DNA of 27,025 bases from assembly GCA_045863295.1 (NCBI GenBank), contig BTWA01000053.1, forward strand, positions 1-27,025, read 5' to 3'. Source of the DNA: Candidatus Hydrogenedentota bacterium (GTDB taxonomy: Bacteria > Hydrogenedentota > Hydrogenedentia > Hydrogenedentales > SLHB01). The stretch's first letter is position 1, and each line of letters begins with the position of its first letter. The notes under the pieces were generated by a model, which saw nothing but the letters and a program-made list of their open reading frames with translations, did no database searches and was not told the origin of the DNA. The translations under genes and the position numbers were made by a program. Shown in pieces: positions 25,287-27,025 of the stretch.

Positions 25287-27025
25287 TCAATCCAGCACGA
25301 AATCCACGGTAGTGACGGCGTCCCCGGCGACTTCGGCTTGCCGGGTGTGTTGCGCGGGCGGTTCGCCGGGCTGTGCGGGCGGAAGCTGGACGGTCACGTC
25401 GTAGAGACCGGCGGGCAACGCGTTGACGGTGTACGCACCGTCGTTGTTGGTGAACGCGGAGGCGGATTCGACGCCGCCCTGACTGATCGCGATGCGCAGT
25501 GGCGACGCGGGCTGGCCGCCGCGCGTGACGGTTCCCTGAATCGTGCCCAACGCCGCCAACACGATGCGGACGTCCTGAGCCACGTTCGCGCGCGGTGTGA
25601 CGGACGCGGTCCCCGCGCCGGACCGCGCGTGATACGCGCTCACCGCGAGCGGCTTGTCCACCTCAACGCCTTTGAGTTCGAAGCGACCATCCCCCCCGCT
25701 CTTCGCCGATGCGAGATCGGGGCGCGATTCGACCCGCTCCGGCAGCGCCCCTTTGTATACGCTTGCGCCGGACACAGGTTGCCCCGCCGCGTTGACCACG
25801 ATGCCCGTCACAACCGCATCGCCCGGCTTGAGCGTGATCGTAATCTCCGTGGGCGCGCCGTTTTCCACGCCGACACTGTCCATTCGGCTGGACAAAAAGC
25901 CCTCGGCGCGCACTTCAACCGTATAACTGCCGGGGCTCAGCGGAATCTCCACCTTGCCTTCGGGGTGATTCACCCATTTGAATTCGCTTTCGGGCAGGGG
26001 TTGATCCGATCCGGGCCGGTTCCGGCCCAACACGGCAATGCGGAACTTCGCGACAGGCTGGTGCGCCGTATCAATCACTCGTCCAGTCAGCAACCCCGCC
26101 GACGACTCCATCACAAGCTCCACGCCGGTGGCACCCGCCTCCGCTTCCACCGGTGCCCCTTCGTAGCCTGCGGCCCGAGGCCACAACGCGTACGTTCCTG
26201 GCTCAAGGTTTTTCGCTTCAAAGGTCCCATCATCCCTGGACTGCACAGAAGTATTGCCGGACATGCGATCGCCTTCCATCCGCAGACATTGAATCGAGGC
26301 GCGGATGGGATTGCCGTCCTGATCGGTTATGCGACCGGTAATTGCAAGCAATGCCTCGGCCTCGTATACAATCCGCAAGTCCTGCACCGTCTGCCCTGAT
26401 GCTATGGTCACCGACGCGGAAGGTTTCTGTTTGCCACCTTCGGGGGTTACAAAGAGGGTGTAGGTTCCAGCGGCAACGTTGGCAAGCATGAATTGACCGA
26501 AGCTGTCCGTCTCATCGATGGAGGGTTTATAGGGGTAGGGCATCACGTCGTTCGTCGCCATAATCCGAGCTTTAAGCGGTTTGGCGTCTCTTGTCACGAC
26601 CTTTCCCGCAATAATGCCGTCCCGTATCACGTCGAGAACTAAACGGATATCTTTCACCCCTTCGGAAGATACATAAACCGGGCCAAACGGTTTACTGCTC
26701 GCAGTCAACGAACTTGCGGCCAATGTGACTTCCTGATCCGGCTTGAGCGCACTTAGCGCAAAATGTCCGCGCACATCGGTCGAGGTTTGCGTATCGGCAC
26801 CCGTCCCCGATATTTCACCTTGCAACAACAATTGAGCATCGGCTACGGGATTGCCCGCGACATCCACTACGATTCCCTCAAGGGTAACCCCTCGATCCAA
26901 GAGCATTTCCACCCCTTCGATGGTTTCGCCCGGCGAAACCTGCACGACAACGCTTGTTTCATTGACCAGCGAAGAGGCAAATCCGGGAATCCGGCCCGAA
27001 ACAGACAGGCGCCAGGAACCCGGCG
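25287..27025 (-). CDS. Carboxypeptidase regulatory-like (CarboxypepD_reg) repeat protein, partial (5' end beyond window)
   Basis: Repeated G.V.D..G.PV..A / TD..G.F....L.PG.Y.L modules; the frame stays open from 26945 to the window edge (PGSWRLSVSGRIPG...). Confidence 0.8.
   Translation of the reverse strand, partial: PGSWRLSVSGRIPGFASSLVNETSVVVQVSPGETIEGVEMLLDRGVTLEGIVVDVAGNPVADAQLLLQGEISGTGADTQTSTDVRGHFALSALKPDQEVTLAASSLTASSKPFGPVYVSSEGVKDIRLVLDVIRDGIIAGKVVTRDAKPLKARIMATNDVMPYPYKPSIDETDSFGQFMLANVAAGTYTLFVTPEGGKQKPSASVTIASGQTVQDLRIVYEAEALLAITGRITDQDGNPIRASIQCLRMEGDRMSGNTSVQSRDDGTFEAKNLEPGTYALWPRAAGYEGAPVEAEAGATGVELVMESSAGLLTGRVIDTAHQPVAKFRIAVLGRNRPGSDQPLPESEFKWVNHPEGKVEIPLSPGSYTVEVRAEGFLSSRMDSVGVENGAPTEITITLKPGDAVVTGIVVNAAGQPVSGASVYKGALPERVESRPDLASAKSGGDGRFELKGVEVDKPLAVSAYHARSGAGTASVTPRANVAQDVRIVLAALGTIQGTVTRGGQPASPLRIAISQGGVESASAFTNNDGAYTVNALPAGLYDVTVQLPPAQPGEPPAQHTRQAEVAGDAVTTVDFVLD

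Noticed and set aside
25242..26399. 385-aa plus-strand ORF
   Set aside because: Antisense shadow of the carboxypeptidase-regulatory-domain gene; Arg-rich with no motifs.
1..27025. CRISPR array, rRNA, tRNA or IS element
   Set aside because: No regularly spaced repeats, RNA gene signatures or transposase ORFs seen by eye.

Overview
GC-rich (about 58-60% by eye) bacterial chromosomal region of mostly housekeeping and accessory genes. The PQQ-like beta-propeller, sulfatase and carboxypeptidase-regulatory-domain proteins suggest a Planctomycetota/Hydrogenedentota-like organism (inference only). Gene content in order: btaA/btaB betaine-lipid genes behind a Pho-box-like repeat, a PilZ protein, a CocE/NonD hydrolase, hemN-hemY, a TIM-barrel isomerase, a phosphonate-monoester-hydrolase-like sulfatase, a membrane protein, an AmmeMemoRadiSam radical SAM enzyme, two ferredoxins, two YceI lipoproteins, Mn-SOD, a NUDIX hydrolase, a YciI/DGPF protein, a reverse transcriptase, a beta-propeller protein, proS, tyrS, DUF1232, a plant-type FNR, a triple-BON protein and a partial carboxypeptidase-regulatory-domain protein. 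The highlight is an apparently intact, effector-less retron at about 16836-17892. It has a predicted promoter and a compact ~103-nt msr/msd ncRNA: a 9-bp a1/a2 inverted repeat with a G opposite G at the branch position, a UUU-loop hairpin and a very short msd predicting RT-DNA of at most 45 nt. An extra 11-bp hairpin follows, then a 286-aa RT with NAxxH, YADD and VTG motifs. It sits among housekeeping genes with no co-oriented effector.
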